A stretch of 64,000 nt of DNA from Octopus vulgaris (taxonomy: Eukaryota): contig OX597823.1 of assembly GCA_951406725.2 (NCBI GenBank), positions 20,274,001 to 20,338,000 on the forward strand, in the 5' to 3' direction. Positions 13,945 to 26,600 of this stretch are shown here, piece after piece (the stretch's first letter is position 1; each line of letters opens with the position of its first letter). A model generated the notes under the pieces. It was not told the DNA's origin. It made no database searches and worked only from the letters and a program-made list of their open reading frames with translations. The position numbers and the translations under genes are program-made.

Positions 13945-14095
13945 TAAAGGTAAAAGGTAAAGTTACCTTCTCGAGTCAGGCCGACTCATAAGGACCGGCT
14001 TCCCGGTTTCTAGGGCGTATATAAGTTCACCCACCTGGACGGGACGCTAGTCCATCGCAGGATAACTCGCTTTTGCCAGCTGTGTGGACTGGAAT
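13945..14095 (-). mobile_element. SINE 3' fragment related to the family E tail
   Basis: ctcataaggaccggcttcccggtttc...cctggacgggacgc resembles 24346-24420. Confidence 0.6.
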
Positions 14096-14382
14096 CTCAG
14101 GAGTCATATGAACCCCGGTCAAAAGCCACTGTTCTCCATCATTTAACCGAGTGCGCGCTTGTGTGTGTGCGTGTGCGTGTGTGTGTGTGTGTGCACATAC
14201 AAACATTTATAGATATATACATAAATACATGCACACACACACACACACAAACAAACACATATAGTCATTTTATATGAATATTTATTCGAAGCAGACATTG
14301 CTATTCAGCTTTATTCAAGGTTTTACTCAAGCGGATGGGTGAAGCATTCATACATACATACATACATACATACATACATACA

Positions 14383-14416
<34 letters not shown>

Positions 14417-14506
14417 CATACATACATATATACATATATGTATATATACATATGTATATACTGAATATATACATATATATATATGAATATGAATATATAT
14501 ATAATC

Positions 14507-14663
<157 letters not shown>

Positions 14664-14676
14664 CACATATACAGAC

Positions 14677-14726
<50 letters not shown>

Positions 14727-15101
14727 ACATACATATACAGACATGGTCTGCGCACATCTATCTGTGTATGTTGATGTATATATGTATATTAATAGTTTAG
14801 TATGTTGTGAAATATTTTAATATATTTAAATATTTTAAGTTCAATTTATATGTATTACTTTTTATGTATTAATTATATTTTCTGCATTATTAATGACAAT
14901 ATGTGTTTGAACCAAAGCTTCGAGTTAAGGTTTTTCCTCGATTTTTATAATTTTATATTTTATATTGAACTCATTTATTCGTTTTGTTTAATTTTTGTTT
15001 ATCGCTCGCATATGACCGTTATTTGAAAGGACCAATCAAACAAGTTCATTTTTAAAGGTGTAACATTTATACTAGTCTTGATAGAATTGTCGTATCGGTT
15101 C

Positions 15102-15165
15102 AATTTTAACAAAACTGCCCGACGAACGGGAACGTGAAACTCAGAGTAACAGGTTTTGTTGAATT
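15102..15165 (+). ncRNA. Type I hammerhead motif in a PLE-like terminus (U4>C variant)
   Basis: aacaaaactgc-CCGACGA-acg(ggaa)cgt-GAAA-C-tcaga-GTA-acaggttttgtt; long stem I and near-palindromic ACTCAGAGT; followed by AATAAA and (TA)n at 15258. Confidence 0.6.
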
Positions 15166-15254
15166 TCTGCTGCTTTTAAATAAAGCATTATTACTCTACC
15201 CCTGGTATTTGAGTACTCTTTTTCCACCTTGTTTCACATTTATGTGTTTACTCC

Positions 15255-15334
<80 letters not shown>

Positions 15335-15337
15335 GGA

Positions 15338-15379
<42 letters not shown>

Positions 15380-15384
<5 letters not shown>

Positions 15385-15537
15385 GACATGAGCCGGTAGA
15401 CATTCGAGTGTGTCTATTTATTCCAAAGCATTAGAAAGTTTTAGAAGAATACATACACATGTACTAATATTACTGTAATATTAGTATGGAATAAATAGAC
15501 ACACTGGAATGTCTACCGGCTCATGTATGTCGTTTTT
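15380..15537. repeat. Inverted repeat (~45-bp arms) with internal hairpin tactaatattac-t-gtaatattagta, abutting (TA)n
   Basis: catgagccggtagacattcgagtgtgtctatttattcca / tggaataaatagacacactggaatgtctaccggctcatg. Confidence 0.85.
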
Positions 15538-15735
15538 GTATCCTCCTCATGTTCTTATTTGCCATATAAATGAAGGGTAAACCACTTTTTACCCCCGCCC
15601 ATATTTAACGCTCAACTGCGAGATTGCCACGCAATAAGCAGCACTTGGGTATGAATAATTGGGCACACAACCAGTAGTATATTGGATAGGCACTATCCCT
15701 TAGTTGGTTGGTTTCACAATCTCTAACTCACACAG

Positions 15736-15836
<101 letters not shown>

Positions 15837-15899
15837 TTCATTTTTGTGCTTGCTACTCACATATATGTCAACAGATAGATAGATATACTAACATTAGCG

Positions 15900-17000
15900 A
15901 CCATACACTTACTAAATCATTACTGAATCCTTCCTGGTGGAACTTAAGACTACGAGTATCTATTTTTGTATGTTTTAATTCATTGTCATTTCTTCAAATT
16001 CAAGTAGTCTGAGTTTCATTTAATAGAATGAACTCCTCCAAAGCACCTCAGTATATAGCATATACCCTACTGGCCTTAAAATTCCAGTCATGAAATGACA
16101 TGTGGTTTGTTACCTTCTGTACATGTCCATAATTTCCTCTCTTCACTTTTTGGCATTCAAAAATCCTATGAGTTTGTTTAATTTCTTCTTGTACATTATT
16201 AATTCTGCAGTTTTGATCCCTCAGCTGAAGTGACAGTTCAGAAAGCCCTACCAAGTCTTCACCTAACAAACCCAAATTATATATAAAAGTTGACGATTGT
16301 AATGCTTTATTTTTTTTCGATCTGTCGTACTTCGTTCTTTCTGCGCAAGATCTTGAAGTGCTACAGATCAGCCTTTCAAATAGATTTATAAGGTTGTCAA
16401 ATTGCCTCTCTAAATAGATTTATTTGTTGGCTTTATTGCCTTTAGAGGTTGGCAAAGTGAAGCAATAAATCTCACATTGAAAACACGATCGATTTTTAAC
16501 AGTTAACTGTAAAGGCCTTCAGCGTATTCAATTAACTCATCTGGATTCTTTGAAAATTTTTTATTATAAAGAATAATCACGCACAAAATATCTGAAAAAC
16601 GATTAGAATCTGCAACTTTTTTGCAAGATTTCAAGCGAAATTTTGCTTGTATAAGCGAAATATGCTTGTATAAGGAAAATCCTCGAAAGATTGTGAAGCA
16701 GTCAGTCTCTGGTTTTGGGCCCTATATATTAGTGACTCCATCCGTTACATGTCATATCACGTTTTTCTTTAGATATTACTTTAAATCTCACCACTCCATG
16801 CCCATCATATAACGCCTCCGTACATCTTGTATTTGTACTAATTTTAAATGTTCTAAGTTAAAATGTAACGATAGAGAGTGGGTAGACTCCCTGTCTGCTG
16901 CTCTCAAGCAGGCTACTAAAACTGATTTCCATTGACATTTTATATTAACTGGAAATAATATTTACAGCCCTTCCTTACGTATTTGATTCCCTAACGGATG
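15900..17000 (-). pseudogene. Highly decayed hAT (Charlie/SPIN-like) transposase relic; limits approximate
   Basis: DLVGLSELSLQLRDQNCRINNVQEEIKQ...GNYGH resembles the hAT DxxxxLNxLNxxLQG...GN motif; recognised by eye. Confidence 0.4.
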
Positions 17001-17644
17001 TGCAATATCTGTGCGTTTCCCAAATTAGAATTATTTCTTTCTTGCAATTCAATATAATAAGGTATATTATATTATAATATATTTCTATGTATATCTGTTT
17101 TTTTAAAAATATATTTGTATGCTCATTTCCATTGGAGTATATCAATCTCAAAATATAGATATCTGAAAATATTTACATAATGAAATGTGTAAAATATAAT
17201 TTATTCTACTCCCACTGTCACTGAATAAAATCATTCACAATAAAATATTCATCACTCACAATATAGGCTGGAATAAATTATGGATATTATTTATTACACT
17301 TTCTGTCCAATCTTATCTGAAACTCCTAATCATAAAATACAATTTCTTGAGGAAGGCAATAGTAAAGAAACATTGAATTATATAGTTCCCTGCCTAATTC
17401 ATATCTACCAATGTAATTTATAATTAAATCTTATCTAAAAACCCCACTAAATGCTAAAACATTAAACAGGCTTCTATGCGCATAATGTTATCTTCCCGCT
17501 GATAGATACATAACTCAAGTGGGATAATGGAGTTAATATTATGCACAACCTAAACTATGCCAAGTAAGATAGTTACCCAGGTAATCTGAAGCATGTAGCA
17601 TAAACAGCATAGCTGCCTGAGTGAGTTTACCTTCGTTTGGTGAA

Positions 17645-17968
17645 GGCACGTAGTGTAGCTTAGTGATTAATGTGTTCGGCTCGCGATCATAAGGCTGTGA
17701 GTTCGATTCCCAGTAGCATGTTGTGTCCTTCAGCAAGACACTTTACTTCATGTTACGCCAGTCTACTGAGCTGGCAAAAATGAGTTGTACTTGTAGTTCA
17801 AAGGGCTGGCCTTGTTACTATTGTTGTGTTAAGCGGAATCTCCCTGAGAGCTAAGTTAAGGGACGCGTGTCTGTGGTATACTCAGCCCCTTGCACGTTAA
17901 TTTCACAGCAGGCTGCTCCGTTGGTAGTATCTATTTGGACATTCATCGTCATAAGCAACGGAGTGTCC
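17645..17968 (+). mobile_element. SINE with family D-type head (ccttcagcaagacacttt domain) and family A tail
   Basis: tRNA-like head; 3' half matches the reverse complement of 25143-25320. Confidence 0.75.
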
Positions 17969-18178
17969 TTAGCTTAGTTTGAGTAATTTGTAGATGTAAA
18001 GAAGTACTTCTATTAAACTACCGAGCGCAGACATTTTTGGGCCTAGAAGTCGTGTCAGTAAGCTTTTGACATCGTCTTAATTTGGCTCCAAACACGTATC
18101 GTCATCTCTAAAAATATTGATATACATGTTCATATTCAAGCCCTTCAAGTCATTATATGAATCTACTAGCCATATCTG

Positions 18179-18262
<84 letters not shown>

Positions 18263-18402
18263 ACAAGAAATATCACCAAGACATTTTAAGATATATACCA
18301 CTATCCTCAAATACACACACACACACGCACACACACACACACATATATAGATATAATGACAGCATATGCCATGAATGCTAAGTATATATATGAGTTTATA
18401 TA

Positions 18403-18467
<65 letters not shown>

Positions 18468-18469
<2 letters not shown>

Positions 18470-18631
18470 AATTACTATGAAGCATTGTGCAGAATATATC
18501 GTGTAAAGGAGCGTGGGCAAGGCCAAAACAATGTGCGAAGTAAATGCAAGGAAAATCACAAGAAAACACACATGTGAATTAATGTAGACTTACCTTGTAT
18601 TCAATATTTCGGGGTTATGACCCCATTTTCA
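18468..18631 (-). mobile_element. Solo PLE 3' terminus (same family as 2049-2220), truncated at the HHR core
   Basis: Reverse complement aligns with 2055-2218; abuts (TA)n; TGAAAA-t-ggggt(cata)acccc-GAAA-T-ATT-gaat. Confidence 0.75.
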
Positions 18632-18637
18632 TCACGG

Positions 18638-18693
18638 AATTTTGTCAGTGATCAGGTCGCGGTCTCAAAGCGATGAAAATATTTTGACAAATT
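18638..18693 (+). ncRNA. Type I hammerhead motif with G3:C8 swapped core
   Basis: tttgtca-GTGATCA-g-gtcgc(ggtctcaaa)gcgat-GAAA-A-ta-TTT-tgacaaa; 7-bp stem I, 5-bp stem II, palindromic AAAATATTTT. Confidence 0.6.
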
Positions 18694-19292
18694 AAATATA
18701 AATGTTGAAGAGAATCTAACGGTTTTTGTGTTTTTAAATGGTTTATAAACACCTTGCACGCTGCAGTGTTCTATTTGTCTTCTTATAAGGTCATTCGACA
18801 CAGTATGTCCCGTAAAGTACTTTTTATTGAAGTAAATTATTCCCGCAAGGATGAATGAAATCATATTGGGCTGTATAAAACAAGAAAAGTTGAATGAAAG
18901 GTCAGTGAAACGAGAACAGTTACTGATTTAATTTACTTAGATATTTATATTGTCTATACTTAAAACAATTTCATTGCTATTGCGGTGGTTAGTAAGCTGT
19001 TACTACGGCTTTTATGGAAGTGGCTCCGCTGGATATTTGATACATTATTTAATTCTATCTATGGTTTTCTAATTTCAAAGTAGTAGGATATTTCCCAAAT
19101 TTATTGTACTATAATCTTTTATTGAAGGCCAAACGAGCTAGTGCGGTTATATATTTATAAATGGCAACAAGGGAAGATCGCTATAAGCAGTAGTCGAACT
19201 GTAGCTTTAATAAACATTGATAATTTCATTATTTCTTTTTGTAGTAGAACTAGAATTTGCTGTAAATATTTATGGCTTGAAAATTCTGCTTG

Positions 19293-19323
<31 letters not shown>

Positions 19324-19332
19324 GATATATAT

Positions 19333-19516
19333 TCGCAATGATAGATCGCTAGCCATTACACATTCTTTATTTTCTCTCCTCGTTTCTTTCTGTGTTCCTT
19401 TCTGTGGAAGAGCGTAGGCTCGAAACGTTAAACACTTTTTCACTTCCCGAGCGTTATACTAATACATCTGTTTGTTGTCTACACCACCTGTATTCGTCTT
19501 TTGTTTTTTTTTGTGA
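19333..19516 (+). mobile_element. Short PLE-like terminus between (TA)n tracts with an HHR-like motif at 19399-19432
   Basis: ttt-CTGTGGA-a-gagc(gtag)gctc-GAAA-C-GTT-aaa; A6 replaced by U. Confidence 0.55.
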
Positions 19517-19532
19517 TATATATATGAATATA

Positions 19533-19603
<71 letters not shown>

Positions 19604-19930
19604 GTGTGTGTGTGTGTATGTGTGAAAGTTAATTGAAACATAACAGTTGCTGTATGACACAATTGTTAACAGTCTTGCGGAATTTTCAGTTTAAATTTTG
19701 ATTTGTGTGTAATTGCTTCTGAAAGCATCAAAAAGAGACGATTTTAGACGCTTTTGTGGGAAGGCTTAAAAAAAAAAAGCAAGCAGCTTGTATTGTTGAT
19801 CATCATTATTAACAAGATATATTTTTTGAAGATTTGCTTAACTGTACCACATAGACATGAATATGTAGAATTTTATTATTTTATTTTTATTTGGAGATTA
19901 GACAATATGTCTTCCGTTCAAGTGTCTAAA

Positions 19931-20637
19931 ACAGCGGTTGTCAACGGGAGTCCATATGACCCTTGGAGATCCACGTAAGATTTTGTTAAAAATTCATGTA
20001 CAATAAATTGGATTTACTTCTACAATACACAAAATGTTTTAATAATTTTTAGTACAATTCCTAATAATTCTTCCTACTGGAGGCAAAAAGCCTCAAATTT
20101 GTGGTGAGGGGACTAGTCGATGACATCGACCCCAGTATTTCACTGGTACTTAATTTATCGATCCCGAAAGGATGAAAGGCAAATTCGACCGCGGCGCAGT
20201 TTGAATTTGCTCGTGTCTGAGCACTCAACAAACACGTGTACCCATATCGTAGTTCCCAGGGAGATTCAGCGTGACACAGTGTGTGAAAAGGCTGGCCCTT
20301 TGAAATACAAGTACAATAAAAACAGGAAGAAAGAGTCAGAGAAAGTTGTGGTGAAAGACTACAACAGGGTTTGCCACCACCCCCTGCCAGAATCTCGTGG
20401 AGCTTTAGGTGTTTTCGCCCAATAAACATTCACAACGCTCGTGCCTGGGAATTGAAACCGCGATCCTACGACCGCTAGTCTGCTACTCCTAATCATTGGG
20501 TCATCGCGCTTCCACACAATTCCTAATAATATTTAATTATAGATTTTTTAGATATCGAAGAGTTATGAGGGTCCATCGTAGTTATAGAAATCAAAGAGGC
20601 CCATAGGTAAAAAAAAAATTGGCTGAAAAACACATGT
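19931..20637. mobile_element. Decayed hAT-type MITE interrupted by a chimeric SINE
   Basis: Ends cagcggttgtcaac / ggctgaaaaacacatg resemble CAGTGGTTCTCAACC-type TIRs. Confidence 0.5.
20069..20515 (-). mobile_element. Chimeric SINE (family A head/body plus family C core and Y tail) with 15-bp TSD
   Basis: TSD acaattcctaataat at 20054-20068 and 20516-20530. Confidence 0.85.
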
Positions 20638-21125
20638 CCAAAGGAACCAGCTGTACTGAAATTCGTTCAGAAGGAAGTACCATATTCCTGAAAGTGAAAA
20701 GAACGGGACTCTAGAGAAGTTTTTCTCGGGAGACAGAAAATAAGAGTGACAAAAATAGTGGCTGTTACAAACATAAGAATGAAATTACATATTTTAAAGA
20801 TGACTGAAGCAGAAACCTGAAGTCCAAATTATCCTCTCCTCAAAACTCAAGAAAATAGTAGAATGAAGATATTTCAAGTATCTATTTTATTTTCTCACCC
20901 AAAATGATTTAATTAGTCCTACTCCCAAATCTCAGTTCATCTTTTTCCTGAGTAAAATACTGAAACCAGTATCTGAGTCCTTTAAATTTAAAAATTCATT
21001 TAAAAACAAATCAAGCTAAATAAATCATTTCGGTTTCCAAAAACTCTCGATAATATTTGTGGAAGCAGCAACATTTATATCAGTCGACGGTAAAGAAAGG
21101 CGCTGTGAGAAAACAGACTTCTTGT

Positions 21126-21564
21126 GGATCTTTTCGGTTTGAACGGCAGATTTTAACATAATTTCTAGGTAACTAAAAAATTTTAAACTTCGTATACTGG
21201 TAGAATGTGTTTATAAAACATCTTTTTCTCTTGGCTTTATTGAGAAAATTCTATAGTTTGTAATATATTTGTTGTTTTTTTCTTCAATTTCTGCAATTTC
21301 AACCAATCACTGACGTCCATTGAGATAAATAACATTCTGTGCCGTATGAATATGTCCCTCGTTCAAGAAACAGATTGGGTTTATTTACATTTGTGAAGAA
21401 AAAAAAGATACCCTTCCCCCACCTGTAACCCTAACCCTTACCCTAACTAACCCTAATCCTAAAATAGATTGAAATGCAATAGATCGATACTAGGGTCATA
21501 GTTATGGGTGAAAATTTCATGTGACACCGCTAGAAAAAAACTGCCGTTCAAACCGAAAAGATCC
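21126..21564. mobile_element. MITE with perfect 24-bp TIRs, 8-bp TSD and internal telomere-like (TAACCC)n
   Basis: ggatcttttcggtttgaacggcag ... ctgccgttcaaaccgaaaagatcc; TSD cttcttgt/cttctttt; taaccctaaccc at ~21426-21462. Confidence 0.9.
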
Positions 21565-21599
21565 CTTCTTTTTGCTTCTTTTCAAATAACACTGTAATA

Positions 21600-22150
21600 T
21601 ATCAGCAAAGGAAAAAAGAAGAAAAAAAAGAAACAGTCGTCAAACTGTATTTGAAAATCTTCGACACTCCATTAGATACATGGTAGAAAGTAAGCGGCAG
21701 TTAAAGTAATGCACATAGCTTTGTTCAATGATATATTGCAACATCAGCTTAGTTGAATTGTTAAAGATCTGAAGCATAGCTATTCTGTTGGAAATAGTAT
21801 TTATTTTTGCTCTGCAGCTTGATTTTGTCACGGCTTTAGGAATGAAGTACAGTTCATTGAGTATTGTGGCGCAATTGATCAAAGGCCAGGAAATTTGTTG
21901 AGTATTATCTCTGCTATTTCACAGCCAGAAAGCAAACTATTGATAAATTCACTGCCATCAATATTATCAAGTTCACGGAAAATGGAAACGTATTTTGGGA
22001 AAAATGTGTTATTGCGAAAGCAAGTTTTGCAACTGTAAAGGACTACCTTTGAGGTTCTCTACTCGCGTCAAATCAAAGCTTTTCAAAAAATTTGGTTGTT
22101 TCCAGAATTAAGCAAGGATTGTTTGCAGAACATAACTCTCCTCGGGTATT
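21600..22150 (-). pseudogene. Decayed hAT (ZMYM1/THAP12-like) transposase relic, probably extending on both sides
   Basis: Fragments QSYVHYFNCRLL (cf. YVHCxxHxLNL), SGCEIAEIILNK and FAITHFSQN (cf. YxSxxxQN). Confidence 0.3.
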
Positions 22151-22189
22151 CTGATGTTTAATAGCTACGATGGGCAAGAAACTAGAAAG

Positions 22190-22402
22190 GCGGCGTGCTG
22201 GCAGAATCATTAGCCGGGCGAAATGCTTAGCAGTATTTCGTCTGCCGCTACGTTCTGAATTCTAATTCCGCCGAGGTCGACTTAGCCTTTCATCCTTTCG
22301 GGATCGATTAAATAAATACCAGTTACGCACTGGGCTTGATATAATCGACTTAATCTATTTGTCTGTCCTTGTTTGTCCCCTCTGTGGGTAGCAAAGAAAT
22401 AA
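22190..22402 (+). mobile_element. SINE family C
   Basis: Head ggcggcgtgctggcagaatc, core and X tail. Confidence 0.9.
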
Positions 22403-22811
22403 GATAGGGTAGCTGCCACTGAAGAATGAATACTCTTTAGTTTTAAATGACCAAGATATGAAAGTATAGCATTTCATTGATGATTTTTTTTTGACTGACC
22501 AAATCGTTATATGACTTGTATTTTTCAGCATTTAAATCAGCTCAGCTTGTCACTTCAGGTTGAAGGCAGTGGCATCTTCGATATTCTTGGGGAAATAGAA
22601 GCCATGAAAAAGAAACTCCTTTAAATTGTACAGTAACTGTCGTAGATACAAAAATTCTCTATTTCCATTCATTTGAAAATCTTCGTTAAATAATATGAAT
22701 GGGAAGAAAAACAACTGGATCTGGGAAAGCGGGGGAAAACGACGTAAACTCGATGTACGCTATTTAAACAACAATAAATCAAAATCGCCATTTGTGTATC
22801 ATACAAAAAGT

Positions 22812-23090
22812 GTATATACCGACAGAAAGCAAGATGCTGTGAAGTTGTCTGAGATAAAAATCTCTTCATAGATTTTGATAAGTTACAAACTCAGTACATA
22901 TCGGAGCGAGACGATTATATTGTGTATCGGCTGCTCGGCATTAACAAGCATCAAGAGAGGTGGAACGCTAGTCTCATTTTCGTGAGTAAGCGACAATGTT
23001 CGTCTCACTCCGGTATATATAATATACTTCTAATGCAACATGTCTATGCAGAGATTTTATCTCAGACAATTACACATCATACCTTCTAAC

Positions 23091-23097
<7 letters not shown>
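22812..23097. repeat. Degenerate ~100-bp-arm inverted repeat (foldback or MITE relic)
   Basis: ttgtctgagataaaaatctcttcataga / tctatgcagagattttatctcagacaa; cggagcgagacga / tcgtctcactccg. Confidence 0.65.
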
Positions 23098-23152
<55 letters not shown>

Positions 23153-23301
23153 TTATTTATATATACGTATATACATTAACGGATATATATATATATATAT
23201 ATATCACGTGATCACGTGACCGACCAGGCTATCAGATGTTGCTACACATCGCCGGTCACAATGCCTTCAAATGACGCCACCCTGCTGGCTAAGCGAGCAG
23301 G

Positions 23302-23350
<49 letters not shown>

Positions 23351-23362
23351 GTATATATATTA

Positions 23363-23395
<33 letters not shown>

Positions 23396-24276
23396 CTGTA
23401 ATTCACAGGTGGGGGTGGGGGTCATCACATGCAGCTACTGTCTCGTAATTCTGACTTTTCCCCAGAAGCATCCGCAAACTTTGAAAATTCAAATGCATTT
23501 TTTCCTTTCATTTCCAGCTTCATCAAGCAAGAAAATTTCAAGGAAACGTCGGATGTAATGATGGAACTTCGTTATTCATCGTTACTATTCTATTCATAAA
23601 TCTTATTTTGCGATAAACTGCCTTTTTTACATTGCCTCATATAAATCAATTTTGTCTTTTGGGCCCTTCAACCATTAGCAATGATGACAACTTCCCTGCC
23701 TAAACAAGAATTCTAGTCATAGCAGAATTGAAAACCGTGAAACAAAGTTCACTTCAGTATACCGATTCAGGAATATGGAAGAGGAAACGAAACCTCGGTT
23801 TGAGTTGTACATAGAAGTATAAGAATGGCATTGTCGTTGATAAAAACAGTTAGTGTAGAAAAATATTGCATGTCATTTGTTTGTTTTAAACAAATCCAAT
23901 GAGAAAACATTCTTTCAGGAATCCACTTCCGAAATTACAGTTTATTATTTTTATCTTATGTAAACTAGAAAAATTTTAATAATTTTTCTATTCGTAATTT
24001 TTGTTGACGCATCAATATCCATCATATTTTTTGGATGTTTCAAAAAGCTGAAAAAAAGAAAAAAATTAAGCAAAGATTTAAATTAAGTGACAAAATTAAA
24101 AATTTTACGATACACATGTAGGAAAAAGTTGAGAATTACGAACGAAATTTTATTAAGAAAACGCGATGGTGAATGATAACAAAATAGTCAACAAAGCACA
24201 AATATTATTCTGTCTGTTTCTTCATTTTTTCTCACTCCCTGCCTCACTTTCTCCCCCCCTCTCTCTCTCTCTCCCT

Positions 24277-24312
<36 letters not shown>

Positions 24313-24324
24313 GATATATGTTTG

Positions 24325-24576
24325 TTCCTAGTCGAGCCATGCCTGGCTTATAAGGGCCGGTTTCCCGGTTTCCTTGGCGTATAGGTTCCCCATCTGCACG
24401 GGACGCCGGCCTGTCGCAGGTGAGCTGCAAGATGCAAGAGGAAAGAGTGAGAGAAAGTTGTGACGTGGAGCTTAAGTGTTTCGCTCATAAACACACACAT
24501 CACCCCGTCTTGGATTCGAACCCGCGATCCCTCGACCGCGAGTCCGCTGCTCTAACCACTAGGCCATGTGCCTCCA
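24325..24576 (-). mobile_element. SINE family E
   Basis: Matches 10262-10508. Confidence 0.85.
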
Positions 24577-25142
24577 TATATGATATATATATATATACAT
24601 AGATATATCCTTTCACCATACACACATATTTAAACCGACCATAGCTATCGCTCACAAGTGGGTATGACGCGGTACCGCGCGGCACACTTTCGCAAAAAAA
24701 TATTTTGGGTCCAATGTAGTCGCGAGCAGACGTGGTGAACCCTTAGCGTTCCCAACCGTGACTCACCGGAACCTGTATTGCCTTAACGAGGGATATCCTC
24801 CTGTAAGTCATTCTCTTAACTATGGTGTAGCTTGCTCACTCCTCTTGAAATACACCATATACCCATATTATTTGTGTTTGAGTGACTTGGGGATTCAATT
24901 CACCCTCACTAGCTAAACTACTACTCAAGCCATAAGATTCACTATTGCATTGTTCCGTGGAGTAATGGTGGAGTTATGGTTCTCATCTCTGTTGTGCACA
25001 AAGGAATGAGAATAATCAGTCATAATTTATTTAATTAAATATTGGGTTAAAAATTCCAAGATGATATGGAATAGGACAGGGATCTGAAGAAAGCGAAAGG
25101 ATACCATGGCTAAAACGTTGTGACTAATAATTACTAATGGGA

Positions 25143-25524
25143 TGGAAGCACTTCGTCGGTTACGACGATGAGGGTTCCGGTTGATCCGATCAACGGAACA
25201 GCCTGCTCGTGAAATTAACGTGTAAGTGGCTGAACACTCCACAGACACGTGTACCTATAACGTAGTTCTTGGGTATATTCAGCGCGACACAGAGAGTGAC
25301 AAGGCCGGCCCTTTGAAATACAGGTACAGCAGAAACAGGAAGTAAGAGTGAGAGAAAGTTGTGGTGGAAGAGTACAGCAGGGATCACCACCATCCTCTGC
25401 CGGAGCCTCGTGGAGTTTTAGGTGCTTTCGCTCAATAAACACTCACAACGCCCGGTCTGGGAATCGAAACCGCGATCCTACGACCGCGAGTCCGCTGCCC
25501 TAACCACTGGGCCATTTCGCCTCC
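25143..25524 (-). mobile_element. SINE family A (tRNA-derived head), full length
   Basis: Near-identical to 29832-30216 and 38191-38565; TSD aattactaat. Confidence 0.95.
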
Positions 25525-26171
25525 TCAATTACTAATACGAACATATCAATTTACAGTAGCTTTGCTTTGTGAGTTTGTTAGTTACTCGTGAATGATGGCA
25601 GTGCAGAAGCAACTGTCTTCTTCTGTGGGTACGTGACACAGACTGTTGTTCATATTTGATATGTAGTTTCTCCTGCTATTGCTTATTTAAATCAACTAAT
25701 CTAGTTGCAGATTTCCAGGTTAGTATCTGGTATAACAGCCGGTAGTTAATCTGGAATAGACTGATGATCTCTTAGGGATTCAAATCAAGGAACTCTTTTG
25801 TTTTCATGAGAAATTTTACAGGATTAACAGTTTCGAAGTATTATTTGTTATTATCTTCAAATAGAAGAGTAAATTGTTATCTCATTACACCATTGTCTGA
25901 GGTGGTCCCATGGTTTCTATGTTGACTATGTATAGTATCAGTATCCTCTGTTCTATAGCGCTGCTCTAGCATGACCTCAGAACACCGGCTGAAACTAATA
26001 AAAATATAAAACAGTAAGTTCGTATATGTTATGCAATATTTGCATATTTGATCAAACCCTGGTTCTTGATTTTCAAAGCAAATCAAATTGGAAGTTAATT
26101 AATGAAACACCCAACGTTTAATGAGCGATCAACATCATTTGCATTAAATAAAGTTTAATGCATAAAGTTTA

Positions 26172-26600
26172 AGGCGTTGGAGTGGCTGTGTGGTAAATAG
26201 CTTGCTTACGAACCACATGGTTCCGGGTTCAGTCCCACTGCGTGTCACCTAGGGGCAAATGTCTTCTACTATAGCCTCGGGCCGACCAAAGCCTTGTAAG
26301 TGGATTGGGTAGACGGAAACTGAAAGAAGCCCGTCGTATATATGTATATGTATATGTATATGTAAGTTATGTGTGTGTGTATATGTTTATGTGTCTGTGT
26401 TTGTTCCCCCAGCATCGCTTGAGAGCCGATGCTGGTGTGTTTACGTCCCCGTAACTTAGCGGTTCGGCAAAACAGACCGATAATAGAATAAGTGCTAGGC
26501 TTACAAAGAATAAGTCCTGGGGTTGAGTTGCTCGACTAAAGGGCGGTGATCCAGCATAGCCTCAGTCAAATGGCTGAAACAAGTAAAAGAGTAAAAGAGT
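26172..26600 (+). mobile_element. SINE family B
   Basis: Full head, internal microsatellite, GTAAAAGA tail. Confidence 0.95.

Noticed and set aside
25440-25524. tRNA-like sequences with A/B boxes, here and at other SINE heads
   Set aside because: They continue into SINE bodies and lack a complete cloverleaf, so they are not tRNA genes
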